Assembly (NCBI GenBank): GCA_033762915.1
Contig: JANRLD010000047.1
Location: 1 to 64,000 of the forward strand
DNA length: 64,000 nucleotides
Reading direction: 5' to 3'
Origin: Meiothermus sp.
GTDB taxonomy: Bacteria > Deinococcota > Deinococci > Deinococcales > Thermaceae
The notes beneath the pieces were generated by a model that had not been told where the DNA came from, did no database searches, and worked only from the letters and a program-made list of their open reading frames with translations. Shown here piece after piece: positions 20,145-29,908 of the stretch. Numbering within the stretch: position 1 is the first letter of the stretch; each line of letters starts with the position of its first letter. A program made the position numbers and the translations under genes.

Positions 20145-21410
20145 TTATCGCAGCAGTTCCAAGGCCCGCTCAAGCTGTACGTCCTGTCCGTTCAGCAAGG
20201 CCTCGAGGTTCTCGGGCACGGCCACATCGGGGGTCAGGCGCTGGGGGAAGGGCGAGCCGTCGAGGTTCTTCATACGCAGCGAGGAGACCGCGATGTAGTC
20301 CCCGCTGATCAGGCCGTCGGCGCTGCCGGACTGACCCAGCGCGCCGGCAGTGGGCTCCCCCACCACGCGGGCACGCCCCGCCTTTTGCAGGAAGTAGGCC
20401 AGCATCTCGGTGGAATTGATGGTATTGCGGTTGACCAGCACGACCGTGGGGAGTTGGGTGCGGCTGGGGCGGCCCAGTTGCAGCCCCCCGGCGGCTGCGC
20501 GCTCGCCGCCCTCCTCCTGGGTGAAGAAGTTGTTGCCCTGGAAGCCGTAGGTCTCGTCGCCGCCCTGCCAGCGGCGGTCGTAGATGAAGCCGCCCTGGTC
20601 GATGAAGGCGCTGGCCACCCGCAGGGCATCGGTGTCGAAGCCCGACAACGCGTCGCGCAGGTCGATCACGATGCCTCGAGCGCCCCGGCTGTTGGCCTCG
20701 CGCAGGATGTCGTGGACGCGCTGGGCCACCACGAAATCCTCCGAGGAGTAGAGGTGGTAGATGCGGATCACGGCGGTATTGCCCACCATCTCGAGGCGCG
20801 GGCGCATGGTGGACTCGGCCACCTTGGCAGTCAGGGTGATGGTGCTGGGCGTGCCGCGCCGGGTGTAGGTCAGGGGGAAGGCGGCCTTGGAGGCCTCGGC
20901 CTCGGTCAGCCGCGCCAGGGTCGCGGGCTGGCCGCCGATCTGGGTGATCAGATCGCCCCGGCGAACCCCGGCCTCGAAGGCGGGCTCGTTGCTGAAGCTC
21001 TCGAGCACCACCAGGCCCTGAGGAATCTGGCGTACCCAAACCCCGATGCGGGGCGTGGAGGGGCCGAGGCCGGCCATGTAGCGCTCATCGTCGTCCATCT
21101 GGGCCCGGGTCATCATCACCGTGAACGGGTCTTTGAGGCTCTCTACGATGGAGGCGATGATGGGGCGGGCCTTCTCGTAGCCGCAGCGGTTGCCCTGCCC
21201 GGCGCAGGCCTGGTCGAGTTGAGGCTGGTACTGGCGGCGCAGCTCACGGAAATTCGGCACCGTGGCGGGGCCGTTGTAGTTGAAGCCGATCAGGAAGGTA
21301 GCCTGGTCGAAGAGGCTCTGGGCCGGCGAGGGGCCGGTGGCCGTGGTCTGGGCGCTTGCCAACAGCCCCAGGGCGAATAGACCGGAGGTCATAACCTGTC
21401 TCAGGGTCAT
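20145..21410 (-). CDS. S41 peptidase paralog with degenerate catalytic motifs
   Basis: Co-linear with the neighbour (SPAQSLFDQATF, PDZ) but has LKDPFT, DLRDALSG and LVNRNTINSTE. Confidence 0.82.
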   Translation of the reverse strand: MTLRQVMTSGLFALGLLASAQTTATGPSPAQSLFDQATFLIGFNYNGPATVPNFRELRRQYQPQLDQACAGQGNRCGYEKARPIIASIVESLKDPFTVMMTRAQMDDDERYMAGLGPSTPRIGVWVRQIPQGLVVLESFSNEPAFEAGVRRGDLITQIGGQPATLARLTEAEASKAAFPLTYTRRGTPSTITLTAKVAESTMRPRLEMVGNTAVIRIYHLYSSEDFVVAQRVHDILREANSRGARGIVIDLRDALSGFDTDALRVASAFIDQGGFIYDRRWQGGDETYGFQGNNFFTQEEGGERAAAGGLQLGRPSRTQLPTVVLVNRNTINSTEMLAYFLQKAGRARVVGEPTAGALGQSGSADGLISGDYIAVSSLRMKNLDGSPFPQRLTPDVAVPENLEALLNGQDVQLERALELLR

Positions 21411-22044
21411 GGAACAAATATAAGCAGGAAAGTGTTAAATCAATGGTAAAACAACCCACTCATTCGCCGCCCTCGAGGGCCCTGAAGCCCAATTAGTGGG
21501 GCGGTCATGGCGCTGAGCCTGGGCTGAGATTGTCGGCGAGACGGGGCCACCGGAATTGCTTCGACCCTGCGGGCAAAAACCCCGGCGGCTAGGACGCGGC
21601 CCTCGAGCCCTCTTGTTAATGAAACTTTGACCCTTCACTACAAAGTCCGACCCTAAAGACACTTGCGTTACATGAGAGGATAAGTCCTGATGCACAGAAA
21701 GCGCACAATTGATGATGTAACGTTACTCATTATCCATATACTCGTAACGGGCAATAAGTCAGTGGGAGACGCTATGCTATACCTGTAACATTCCAACAAA
21801 CACCTTGAGGGGGTGATGAGCACACAATCTAAAGAAACGCGATGCCTATAGACCAATAGACCGTCTTTGGGGCAGGGAGTATGTGCGGGGTTCGGGCAAG
21901 ACCCGTACGGTATGTGGTTTGTCTGGCTCGTGTTGGACAGGGCTGGAACAGTCGCCTTAGGGTTGTGGCCCGACGCCAAATAACTCCCTGAGGTGGTTTT
22001 CTGGCTGTCCGCCGCCGGGCTGGACGCCGTAGCTTGGAGGTTTC

Positions 22045-23955
22045 ATGCGCAGATCAAGGTTGTATATGGCCTTGCTGGGCGGCCTGGTGCTGGCTGGGTG
22101 TGCCAGCCCCGGCGGTGCCGATTTGACCCTAACGCCCAGCATCCCCGAGGTCACCGAAGAGGGCAGCGTCGAATTGCGGGTGACGGTTCCCCGGCCCGAC
22201 GTGACGCGGCTCGAGTTCTACAACAACGGGCGGCGCATCGGCCTAGACTCCGAGGCCCCCTTCACCCAAAACGTGGCGTTTAGCTTCCAGGACAACGGCA
22301 CTCAGGGCTTTAGTGCCGTCGCCACCTACGCCGACGGCACCAGCCAGAGCGCCAACACCAGCGTAACCGTCAACATCTCCCACATCCGGGGGCGCGTTCA
22401 CCAGACCACCCGCAGCGGGGGCAGCACCCTGGCTGGGGCCAGCGTGATCCTCAACTTCGGCGACGTAAAGACCAGCGCGGTCTCCGAGGTGGACGGCACC
22501 TTCAGCATCCCGGTCAGGGGCAAGCCCCAGGGCTTCGACATCCTGGTGATCCCGCCGGTCGGCTCGGGCCTGACCGCCCTCAGCTACGACAGTGTGCCCC
22601 TGAGCGCCTACGTCTCCAACCTGGGGGCCTCGCAGGAGCTGAACATCTACCTGCCGGGCGGGCCGCAGGCCCTCAACCCGGTGGCCCCGCCGCGCTTCGG
22701 CTGCATCAGCGGGCGGGTGCTGGACACCGACGGCAGCACCCCAGTAGTGGGCGCAACTGCGGGCCTGCCCAACCGCACCTCTCCGGCGGCCTGCGACGGC
22801 TCGAGGCCCGCCAACCTCAGCCTGGCCAACGCCAACCTGCGCTTTGGCGAGACCGGGCTGATCACCTACCGGGGCACCCAGGCCGTGCGCAGCGGCGCCG
22901 GGGGCAGCTTCTTGATGCCCGTGGTGAGCAGCTTCAATTCCTTCGCCACCGAGGGCTTCGTCTGGGCGGGCAACTACAACGGCTCGGACACCGGCAACCC
23001 CGCCACTGCCAACGAGGTCTACTGGAGCAAGTTTGCCTACGTGCCCCAGGTTAGGACCTTTATCAACAGCGGACAAACCACCAATGCTGGAGACTTACGG
23101 CTCGAGAACTTCGACCCCGCCACCAACCCCAGGGTCGCAGCCATCCAGTTTAGCCACGACACCTCCAAGCTCTCCGGCTTCGACTTCAGCCTCACCGGCA
23201 ACGCCCTCTCGCTCACCAACGTCAGCTTTGAGAGCTCGATCACCAGCGGCGACGTGCGGCTGGGCCAGTACTTCGACTTCAGCGGCGGGCCGCGCAACCT
23301 GCGGGTCTACCGGATCCCGGCCGGAGCCCAGGCCCAGACCATCGTCACCGAGAGCCAGGCCCTCCAGTTCGACGCGGCAGGCAACGTGACCTCCTTCTCC
23401 GTTGTCAACCGCTGGTTCAACGGCACCAACCTCAGCCGCCCCGCCACCGCCGACTTCATGTCCACCCCAATCTTGCAGAGCCCTGCCAACAACGCCACCG
23501 TCGGGGCCAACCCCCGCCTGACCTGGCGGGCCGTCGATCGCCCCGCGCTCTATGCGGTGACCATCTACGATGCGACCTCGGGTGCGCCCGTCCTGGTTAC
23601 CTACACCCCCGAGACCTTCCTCAATATCTACCAGGTTAAGCTGGCCCCCGGCGACTACCTGTGGGACGTGACCGCCGACGAGAACGCACAAATGCTCGAC
23701 TACATCGCGGTGGGGCCGGAGGCCCTACAGGCGGGCCGTCACCTCGACCTGGGCAGTGCGGGCTTCAAGCGCGACAATCTGCAAGGCAGCGCCATCAACG
23801 CTTGGCGTGGTCAGTTAGCAGAAAGCTTTGTGGCCTCACAGGGCTTTGTGCCCCAGACCTACGGCGGGGGCGGCTCCAACTACATCGTGCGGCTGCTCGA
23901 GAATGGCTACCGCTTCTCCGGCAGCCAGACCTTTGCCTTTACGGTGGCCAACTAA
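22045..23955 (+). CDS. Large lipoprotein with Ig-like/beta-sandwich domains
   Basis: Lipobox LAGC, GGAGG RBS, bacterial Ig-like N-terminal segment, beta-rich composition. Confidence 0.8.
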   Translation: MRRSRLYMALLGGLVLAGCASPGGADLTLTPSIPEVTEEGSVELRVTVPRPDVTRLEFYNNGRRIGLDSEAPFTQNVAFSFQDNGTQGFSAVATYADGTSQSANTSVTVNISHIRGRVHQTTRSGGSTLAGASVILNFGDVKTSAVSEVDGTFSIPVRGKPQGFDILVIPPVGSGLTALSYDSVPLSAYVSNLGASQELNIYLPGGPQALNPVAPPRFGCISGRVLDTDGSTPVVGATAGLPNRTSPAACDGSRPANLSLANANLRFGETGLITYRGTQAVRSGAGGSFLMPVVSSFNSFATEGFVWAGNYNGSDTGNPATANEVYWSKFAYVPQVRTFINSGQTTNAGDLRLENFDPATNPRVAAIQFSHDTSKLSGFDFSLTGNALSLTNVSFESSITSGDVRLGQYFDFSGGPRNLRVYRIPAGAQAQTIVTESQALQFDAAGNVTSFSVVNRWFNGTNLSRPATADFMSTPILQSPANNATVGANPRLTWRAVDRPALYAVTIYDATSGAPVLVTYTPETFLNIYQVKLAPGDYLWDVTADENAQMLDYIAVGPEALQAGRHLDLGSAGFKRDNLQGSAINAWRGQLAESFVASQGFVPQTYGGGGSNYIVRLLENGYRFSGSQTFAFTVAN

Positions 23956-23967
23956 AGGAGGTGGAGA

Positions 23968-25821
23968 ATGAAAAAGACGCTTTCTCTTATCATCGCGGCC
24001 CTCGTTCTCGCCGCCTGTAGCTCCAGCCCTAGCGTGCAAGGCCCCAGCGCCCCCAGCCAGGGCCAACCCACCTTAACTCAGATTGATGGCAGCCCAGCCG
24101 TGGCTGGGGAAATCCTGGTCAAGTACAGTGGTGGGGTTTCGCTGAGCTCAGCTCCCGAAATCGTGGGCAGCCAGACCCTGGAGAGTTTCTCCTCGGAGGG
24201 CTTTGGGACGCTGGCCAGGGTCTCCGTTCCCAAGGGCCAGGAAATAGCCTATGCCCAGCAGTTCAGCGCCCAGGCCGGGGTAGAGTACGCCGAACCCAAC
24301 TTCTGGATTCCCAACCGCCGTCAAGGCATCCAGCTCAACCGTGCGGGCATCTCAGCCCTGACCAACACCCCGCCCCCGCCGGCCCCCAGCCCGCTCGCCG
24401 CCACCGACCCCTACTTCACCCAGGTGCCCGGCGGCGACCCCTTCGCCACGGCGGGCGCACACAACCCCAGCGGCCTGTTTGTGACCAGTGCAAGGGGTAC
24501 TCTAGTGGTTGGCGGCACTTCCATCGCTGTTACCACCAGGGTGGCGGCCAACGGCTCGAGCATCCAACTCCAACTGCCGCTCGACGCCGCCAACACCCTG
24601 ACCGGCCAGGGCACCCTCCAGCCCAACGGCCGCGACTACGCGGGCACCTTCACCATCAAGCCCATCGTACTGGGCGCTGCCCCCTGCAACGCCACCTGCT
24701 CGACGGGTACTTGGACCGCGACCCTCACCGGCATCAGCCAGAACACCAGCCTGGTGGACGCCTCGGGCACCCAGGTACGCACCTTCACCTTTGCAGGCAG
24801 CGCGACCGCCGGCCCCGCCACCGGCACCAGCCTGAACGGCACCCTGACCCTGAACCTGACCGGCATCTTCACCTACAGCCGCGTGCCGTGGCTGTGGGGC
24901 ATCCACCGCATTGACGCGCCCAGCGCCTGGGCCGACGGCTACACCGGGCAAGGCGTGGTGGTGGCCATCGTGGACGAGGGGGCCGACCTCAGGCACCCCG
25001 ACCTGGCCCCCAACCTCTGGGTCAACCCCAACCCCTCCAACCCGCTGTGCCCCGGCGTGAATGGCTACAACTTCGCCGACGAGAACGGCGATCCCACCGA
25101 CACCGGCGGGCACGGCACCCACACCGCCGGTACGGTGGCCGGGGCCGCCAACAACCAGGGCGTGGTGGGGGTAGCCCCCCGGGCCAAGCTGATGATCGTA
25201 CGCGGCCTGAGCTACTTCGGCGGCAGCACCTACATGCTGGTGCGCTCGCTGAAGTACGTGGCCGACTGTGGCGCAAAGGTTTCCAACAATTCCTGGGGCG
25301 GCACTCAGCGCTCGAGGGCCTTCGAGGACGTGCTGCGCTACGGCACCGCCAAGGGCCACGTATACGTCTTCTCGGCGGGCAACGGCTTCGACAGCAGCAA
25401 CGCCGTCTCCGACCCGGTGGGCAACTCGGTGCGCATCGCGGGCGTGATCGGGGTGGGAGCCACCAGCGCCAACAACCTACGCACCGCCTTTTCCAACACC
25501 GGGCGCTACGTGACCGTGGCGGCTCCAGGCAACGCCGTCCTCTCCACCATCCCTCAAGAACAGAACCCCGCCGACCCCTACGGCTTCCTGCAGGGCACCT
25601 CGATGGCAGCCCCGCATGTGACCGGGGTGGTGGCGCTGATGTTCAGCGCCAAGCCCGACCTGACCCCCTTGCAAGTAAGGGTGGCCCTCGAGCAGACCGC
25701 CAACAGCGTCCTGACCGGCCAACTGGCCCGACCCGACTACCAGTCAGCCCAGCCCGGCCAGTTCGGCTACGGCCTGGTGGACGCCAAGGCCGCCGTGGAC
25801 TACGTGCGGTTCGTCTACTAA
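23968..25821 (+). CDS. S8 subtilisin-family serine protease lipoprotein
   Basis: Lipobox LAAC, propeptide VEYAEPN, triad motifs VAIVDEG / HGTHTAG / GTSMAAP. Confidence 0.93.
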   Translation: MKKTLSLIIAALVLAACSSSPSVQGPSAPSQGQPTLTQIDGSPAVAGEILVKYSGGVSLSSAPEIVGSQTLESFSSEGFGTLARVSVPKGQEIAYAQQFSAQAGVEYAEPNFWIPNRRQGIQLNRAGISALTNTPPPPAPSPLAATDPYFTQVPGGDPFATAGAHNPSGLFVTSARGTLVVGGTSIAVTTRVAANGSSIQLQLPLDAANTLTGQGTLQPNGRDYAGTFTIKPIVLGAAPCNATCSTGTWTATLTGISQNTSLVDASGTQVRTFTFAGSATAGPATGTSLNGTLTLNLTGIFTYSRVPWLWGIHRIDAPSAWADGYTGQGVVVAIVDEGADLRHPDLAPNLWVNPNPSNPLCPGVNGYNFADENGDPTDTGGHGTHTAGTVAGAANNQGVVGVAPRAKLMIVRGLSYFGGSTYMLVRSLKYVADCGAKVSNNSWGGTQRSRAFEDVLRYGTAKGHVYVFSAGNGFDSSNAVSDPVGNSVRIAGVIGVGATSANNLRTAFSNTGRYVTVAAPGNAVLSTIPQEQNPADPYGFLQGTSMAAPHVTGVVALMFSAKPDLTPLQVRVALEQTANSVLTGQLARPDYQSAQPGQFGYGLVDAKAAVDYVRFVY

Positions 25822-25848
25822 ATCCTGGCCTGTAAAGCCCGGTGTTAC

Positions 25849-25877
25849 AACCTCCCCGGTGCGGTCGGGGAGGTTTA
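25849..25877 (+). terminator. Stem-loop after the subtilase gene
   Basis: AACCTCCCCG...CGGGGAGGTT inverted repeat. Confidence 0.55.
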
Positions 25878-25887
25878 TGCTTGTGGG

Positions 25888-26331
25888 GTGAAGGCAGTTT
25901 ACTGGGTGGTTTTGCTCGGGCTCGCCTTGGCCCAGCAGGTACCCGTGCCCCCTACGCGCCCGCCCGACGAGCCCTGGTGGACGCAGGTGCTGCTCGACGT
26001 GCGCCTCGAAGGTCGCCCACGGGCGGGGATGCGGATTGACCTGCTGCCCGGCCCCGACCATGCAGACCGCAGCCCAATCACCCGCATCACCGACGCCGAC
26101 GGGCGAGCAAGCTGGCGGGAGATCCCCAAGGGTTCGTGGAGTTTGCGCCTCCTCGACCCTACACGCGGACTCGACCTGCGGGCCCCGCTCAATCCCTGTA
26201 GCTTTCCGATCCTCTATGGGGACTTTTCAGTTGAATGGATAACCGACAGCACCTTCGGCCCGCCCGGCGCGGTCTGGGCGGCCAAGTCCTGCAGCGCCAG
26301 CCCTACGGCCAGGCGGGCGACTACCCGGTGA
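25888..26331 (+). CDS. Secreted hypothetical protein (small beta-sandwich-like)
   Basis: Signal peptide ...GLALA-Q; TDADGRASW motif typical of carboxypeptidase-regulatory/prealbumin-like domains. Confidence 0.55.
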   Translation: MKAVYWVVLLGLALAQQVPVPPTRPPDEPWWTQVLLDVRLEGRPRAGMRIDLLPGPDHADRSPITRITDADGRASWREIPKGSWSLRLLDPTRGLDLRAPLNPCSFPILYGDFSVEWITDSTFGPPGAVWAAKSCSASPTARRATTR

Positions 26332-26440
26332 CCCGCCAGCACCCGCGCCAAATTTCGCTGATCCGCTCAAGACCTGCCTCGAGCAGACCATGGGGTATTT
26401 GGGGTTTGGGGAAGATTCTCGAGGGGTCAACGACCGGCGC

Positions 26441-27112
26441 TCAGGGCCCCGTGGCCCGGTAGCGCTTGACCGGGCGGCCCAGCCTGCCGTAGCTCAGCTC
26501 GAGCACCGCCGAGCCGGTGTGTAGAAGGTGCTCGAGGTAGCGCCAGGCGGTCACGCGGCTCAGGCCCATGCGCTCGCCCAGCTCCTCGGCACTGAGGGGC
26601 TCGGCGGAGTGGGTCAGAACGTGCTGGACCTGCTCGAGGGTGGCAGCATCTATGCCCTTGGGCAGCAGTTGGCTCGAGCGGAAACCCAGCAGCCGGTCTA
26701 GCTTGGTCTGGGTGAAGGTAGCCCCGGCCTGCTGTGCCGTTCGGCGCTGGAGGTAGCGCTCGAGGGCCTCCCTCAGGCGGGGCTGCTGGAAGGGCTTGAT
26801 CAGATAGTCCAACACCCCTTCGTGCAAGGCCTGCTGCACCGAGGGGAGGTCGTTGGCGGCGGTGATCATCACCACTTCGGGCGAGGGGGTCTGCTCGCGC
26901 AACTCGCGCACCAGCTCGAGGCCCGTGCCGTCGGGCAGGTACACATCCACCAGCAGTAGGTCGGGGCGCAGGGCCGCCGCCAGCTCGCGGGCCTGGCCCG
27001 CCGTCTCGGCGTGGCCCACCACCGCGAAACCCTCCACCGCCTCCACCATCACCCGGTTGAGCCGGGCCACCCACAGGTCGTCCTCGACCAGGAGTACTCG
27101 AGTCGTCTTCAC
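26441..27112 (-). CDS. CitB/DcuR-family response regulator
   Basis: LLVEDD, LVDVYLPDG, DYLIKPF, LPKGID, SRVTAWRYLE. Confidence 0.92.
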   Translation of the reverse strand: MKTTRVLLVEDDLWVARLNRVMVEAVEGFAVVGHAETAGQARELAAALRPDLLLVDVYLPDGTGLELVRELREQTPSPEVVMITAANDLPSVQQALHEGVLDYLIKPFQQPRLREALERYLQRRTAQQAGATFTQTKLDRLLGFRSSQLLPKGIDAATLEQVQHVLTHSAEPLSAEELGERMGLSRVTAWRYLEHLLHTGSAVLELSYGRLGRPVKRYRATGP

Positions 27113-28728
27113 GGGGTCTCCAGGCTGGGCAGACTGATCTGGAAGACGGTATGAGCGCCGCGCCGGAAGTGCCGCAGGGTTCCGCCCAGGCCCTCGACCT
27201 GCTGCCGGGCCAGGCTAAGCCCCAGCCCCCGGTGGTCGCCCTTGGTGGAGAAGCCCCGCTCGAAGACCTTTTCCGCCAGCGCGGCGGGAACCCCCGCGCC
27301 GTTGTCCGAGACCTCGAGCTGCAGGCCCTCGGGGTCCTCGCCGATGAGCAGACGCACTTGCTTGGGCCGCGACTTGGGGTTGTGCTGCACGGCCTCGAGT
27401 GCGTTTTCTAGCAGGTTGCCCAGCGCCCGCTCGAGGGCCTCGGAGTGCTCGGCCCAGACCGGGCGGATGGCCGAGCCTGGCTCGAGGGTGAAGTCGATGC
27501 CAAGCTCCCTGGCGCGCTCGTACTTGCCGATGATCAAGGCCGCCAGCTTGGGCACCGCGATGTCGGCGATGAACTCCCGCAGGGCCTTGGATGCCTGGGC
27601 CTCGGAGCCGATCACCCCCAGGGCCTCCTCGGGCTTGCCCAGTTGAATCAAGCCTGCGATGGTGTGCAGGCGGTTCATGAACTCGTGGGTCTGGGCACGC
27701 AGCAGGTCGGCATAGCGGCGGGTCTGGGTCAGCTCCTCGGCCATCTGCACGATCTCGGCGCGGTCGCGGAAGGTCGCCAGGTACTGCCCGTCGGTCATGC
27801 GGAACAGGCTCACCAGTACCGGCAGCCCACCCAGTTGGAAGGGGGCGTTCTCGAGGTTTGGCCCGCCCAGCAGCCCGCTCTGTCCCAGCTCGGGCCACAC
27901 CGCGTCCAGGCCCACCGGCAGACTCAGGCCGGAGTCCAGGCGCAGCAGTTCCACCGCCTTGGGGTTGAGGAGCTGAATCTGCCCTGTTCGGCTCACCACC
28001 ATCACCCCCTCGTGCAGCGCCCCCAGGACGGCGCGGTGCTGCTGTACCAAGGCGGCGATCTGTTCGGGCTCGAGGTTCAAAATGTCTCGCTTGATGCGGC
28101 GGCTGACCAGGGCACTGCTGGCCAGCGCGAAAAGCAGCGCCAGGCCAAACCAGGGCAGCAGATTCTGGCTCACCTGCGCGGTAATGCTCTGCACGGTGGG
28201 CAGCAGGTAGCCGGTCGAGACCACCCCGATCACCCTGCCCTCCCGCCAGACCGGCACCTTGCCCCGGATGGCGGCCCCAAGGCTGCCGGTGGCCACACTG
28301 ACAATCTCCTTACCCGCCAGCGGCTCGGCGTTGTCGCCCCCCACCATCGGCTTGCCCAGGCGGTCGGGCAGCGGGTGCGAGAGGCGAATTTCGTTGACGT
28401 CCCCCACTACGATATAGTCGGCCCCCACCTGGGCGCGGATGCGGTTGGCCAGGGGGTTGATAGTTCGGGAAGGATCGGAGTCGTCGAAGGCCTCGATAAT
28501 GCTGGGGATCTGAGCCACCGTGCGCGAGATCGCCAGGGCCCGCTGGCCATACTCGTGCTGGATGGACTGGCGCAGCACATGCACCTGCACCGCCCCCAGG
28601 ATCAGGGTGAGGAGGCTAAAGACCAGCACCTGAAGCAGCAGCAGCCGGGTCTGAATTCCTAGGCCCCGCCGCAGGGCGTGCTTGGGGATCAGGTCTACAA
28701 AGGTCTCTTTAGGCGCTAGGGTGGCCAC
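27109..28728 (-). CDS. CitA/DcuS-family sensor histidine kinase
   Basis: sCache segment RLSHP, LRAQTHEFMNRLH, GNLLENA, DNGAG, GFSTKG..RGLGL. Confidence 0.92.
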   Translation of the reverse strand: MATLAPKETFVDLIPKHALRRGLGIQTRLLLLQVLVFSLLTLILGAVQVHVLRQSIQHEYGQRALAISRTVAQIPSIIEAFDDSDPSRTINPLANRIRAQVGADYIVVGDVNEIRLSHPLPDRLGKPMVGGDNAEPLAGKEIVSVATGSLGAAIRGKVPVWREGRVIGVVSTGYLLPTVQSITAQVSQNLLPWFGLALLFALASSALVSRRIKRDILNLEPEQIAALVQQHRAVLGALHEGVMVVSRTGQIQLLNPKAVELLRLDSGLSLPVGLDAVWPELGQSGLLGGPNLENAPFQLGGLPVLVSLFRMTDGQYLATFRDRAEIVQMAEELTQTRRYADLLRAQTHEFMNRLHTIAGLIQLGKPEEALGVIGSEAQASKALREFIADIAVPKLAALIIGKYERARELGIDFTLEPGSAIRPVWAEHSEALERALGNLLENALEAVQHNPKSRPKQVRLLIGEDPEGLQLEVSDNGAGVPAALAEKVFERGFSTKGDHRGLGLSLARQQVEGLGGTLRHFRRGAHTVFQISLPSLETP

Positions 28729-28866
28729 GCTGAATCTCCGGCAGTTCCCTCCAGCTTATTGCTTCGGGCTACAAAGCCAAGGGGGTTGTCGTGAACTTTA
28801 CTTACAGAAACTTGACTAGAATTGGTCTGAGGTTAGACTCGAGGAACCAACCCATCAGGAGGAGAC

Positions 28867-29832
28867 ATGAAGCTAAAGGCGATTCTCGGTTTGGCTGTTT
28901 TGGGCGGTGTGGCGCTGGCGCAGTTTACCCCCCGCAACGCGGAGTGCATCGCGCCGGCAGGCGCGGGCGGCGGCTGGGACTTCACCTGCCGTCAGGTGGC
29001 CCAGGTGATGCTAGACCTCAAGCTGGTGGGACAGCCCATCAAGACCACCAACGTGACCGGCGCGGGCGGCGGGGTAGCCTACGCCAACGTGGTGACGCAG
29101 CGTGGCGACGACGCCAACCTGATTGTGGCGGCCAGCCCGGCCACCACGGTGCGGCTGGCCCAGGCCCAGTTTAGCCGCTTCACCGAGCGCGACGTGCGCT
29201 GGCTGGGCGCGGTGGCGGCCGACTTCGGGCTGGTGGCGGTCAAGGCCGATGCCCCCTGGAAGAACATGCAAGAGCTGGCCGCAGCCTGGAAGGCCGACCC
29301 CTCCAAGATTGCGGTGGCGGGCGGCAGCGCTGTGGGTGGGCAGGACCATATGAAGGTGCTGCTGCTGGGCCGGGCCATCGGGATCGAGCCGAGGGCGATT
29401 AAGTACGTTCCCTTCGACGGCGGCGGCCAGGCCATCACCAGCCTGCTGGGCGGCTTCGTGCAGATTTTCGCCGGTGACGCCTCGGAACTGCGCGCACAGC
29501 TCGAGGCCGGAACCGTGCGGGTGCTGGGCATGATGTCCCCCCGCCGCCTGCCCGCCCCCTACGCCAGCGTACCCACCATGCGCGAGCTGGGCTACAACGT
29601 GGAGTGGGTGGTGTGGCGCGGCTTCTACGTGCCCAAGAGCATGCCCGCCCCCGCCTACGACTTCTGGGCTAGGGCCTTGCGGCAGGTCGAGCGCAGCCAG
29701 GAGTGGGCCAAGATCCGCGATCAGAACAGCCTGGGCCAGTTCTTCATGACCGGCGCGGAGTTCCAGGTCTTCATCGACCGCCAGGTGAACCAGTTCAGGA
29801 ACCTCTCTCGAGAACTGGGGATCATTAAGTAG
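28867..29832 (+). CDS. tctC: Tripartite tricarboxylate transporter substrate-binding protein
   Basis: ECIAPAGAGGGWDFTCR, GAGGG, GGQDHMK, WRGF. Confidence 0.92.
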   Translation: MKLKAILGLAVLGGVALAQFTPRNAECIAPAGAGGGWDFTCRQVAQVMLDLKLVGQPIKTTNVTGAGGGVAYANVVTQRGDDANLIVAASPATTVRLAQAQFSRFTERDVRWLGAVAADFGLVAVKADAPWKNMQELAAAWKADPSKIAVAGGSAVGGQDHMKVLLLGRAIGIEPRAIKYVPFDGGGQAITSLLGGFVQIFAGDASELRAQLEAGTVRVLGMMSPRRLPAPYASVPTMRELGYNVEWVVWRGFYVPKSMPAPAYDFWARALRQVERSQEWAKIRDQNSLGQFFMTGAEFQVFIDRQVNQFRNLSRELGIIK

Positions 29833-29841
29833 CAGACGTCT

Positions 29842-29893
29842 TATGGCCGGCAGCTGATAGCTAAGGTGACCTAGCTATCAGCTGCCGGCTATA
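29842..29893 (+). terminator. Long intercistronic hairpin (attenuator or mRNA stabiliser) between tctC and tctB
   Basis: About 22-bp stem TATGGCCGGCAGCTGATAGCTA / TAGCTATCAGCTGCCGGCTATA. Confidence 0.65.
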
Positions 29894-29908
29894 GGCGATA
29901 GGCCCTTT

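Noticed and set aside
28790..28822. AACTTTACT / AACTTGACT direct repeats upstream of tctC as a response-regulator site
   Set aside because: Plausible but too short to support from sequence alone
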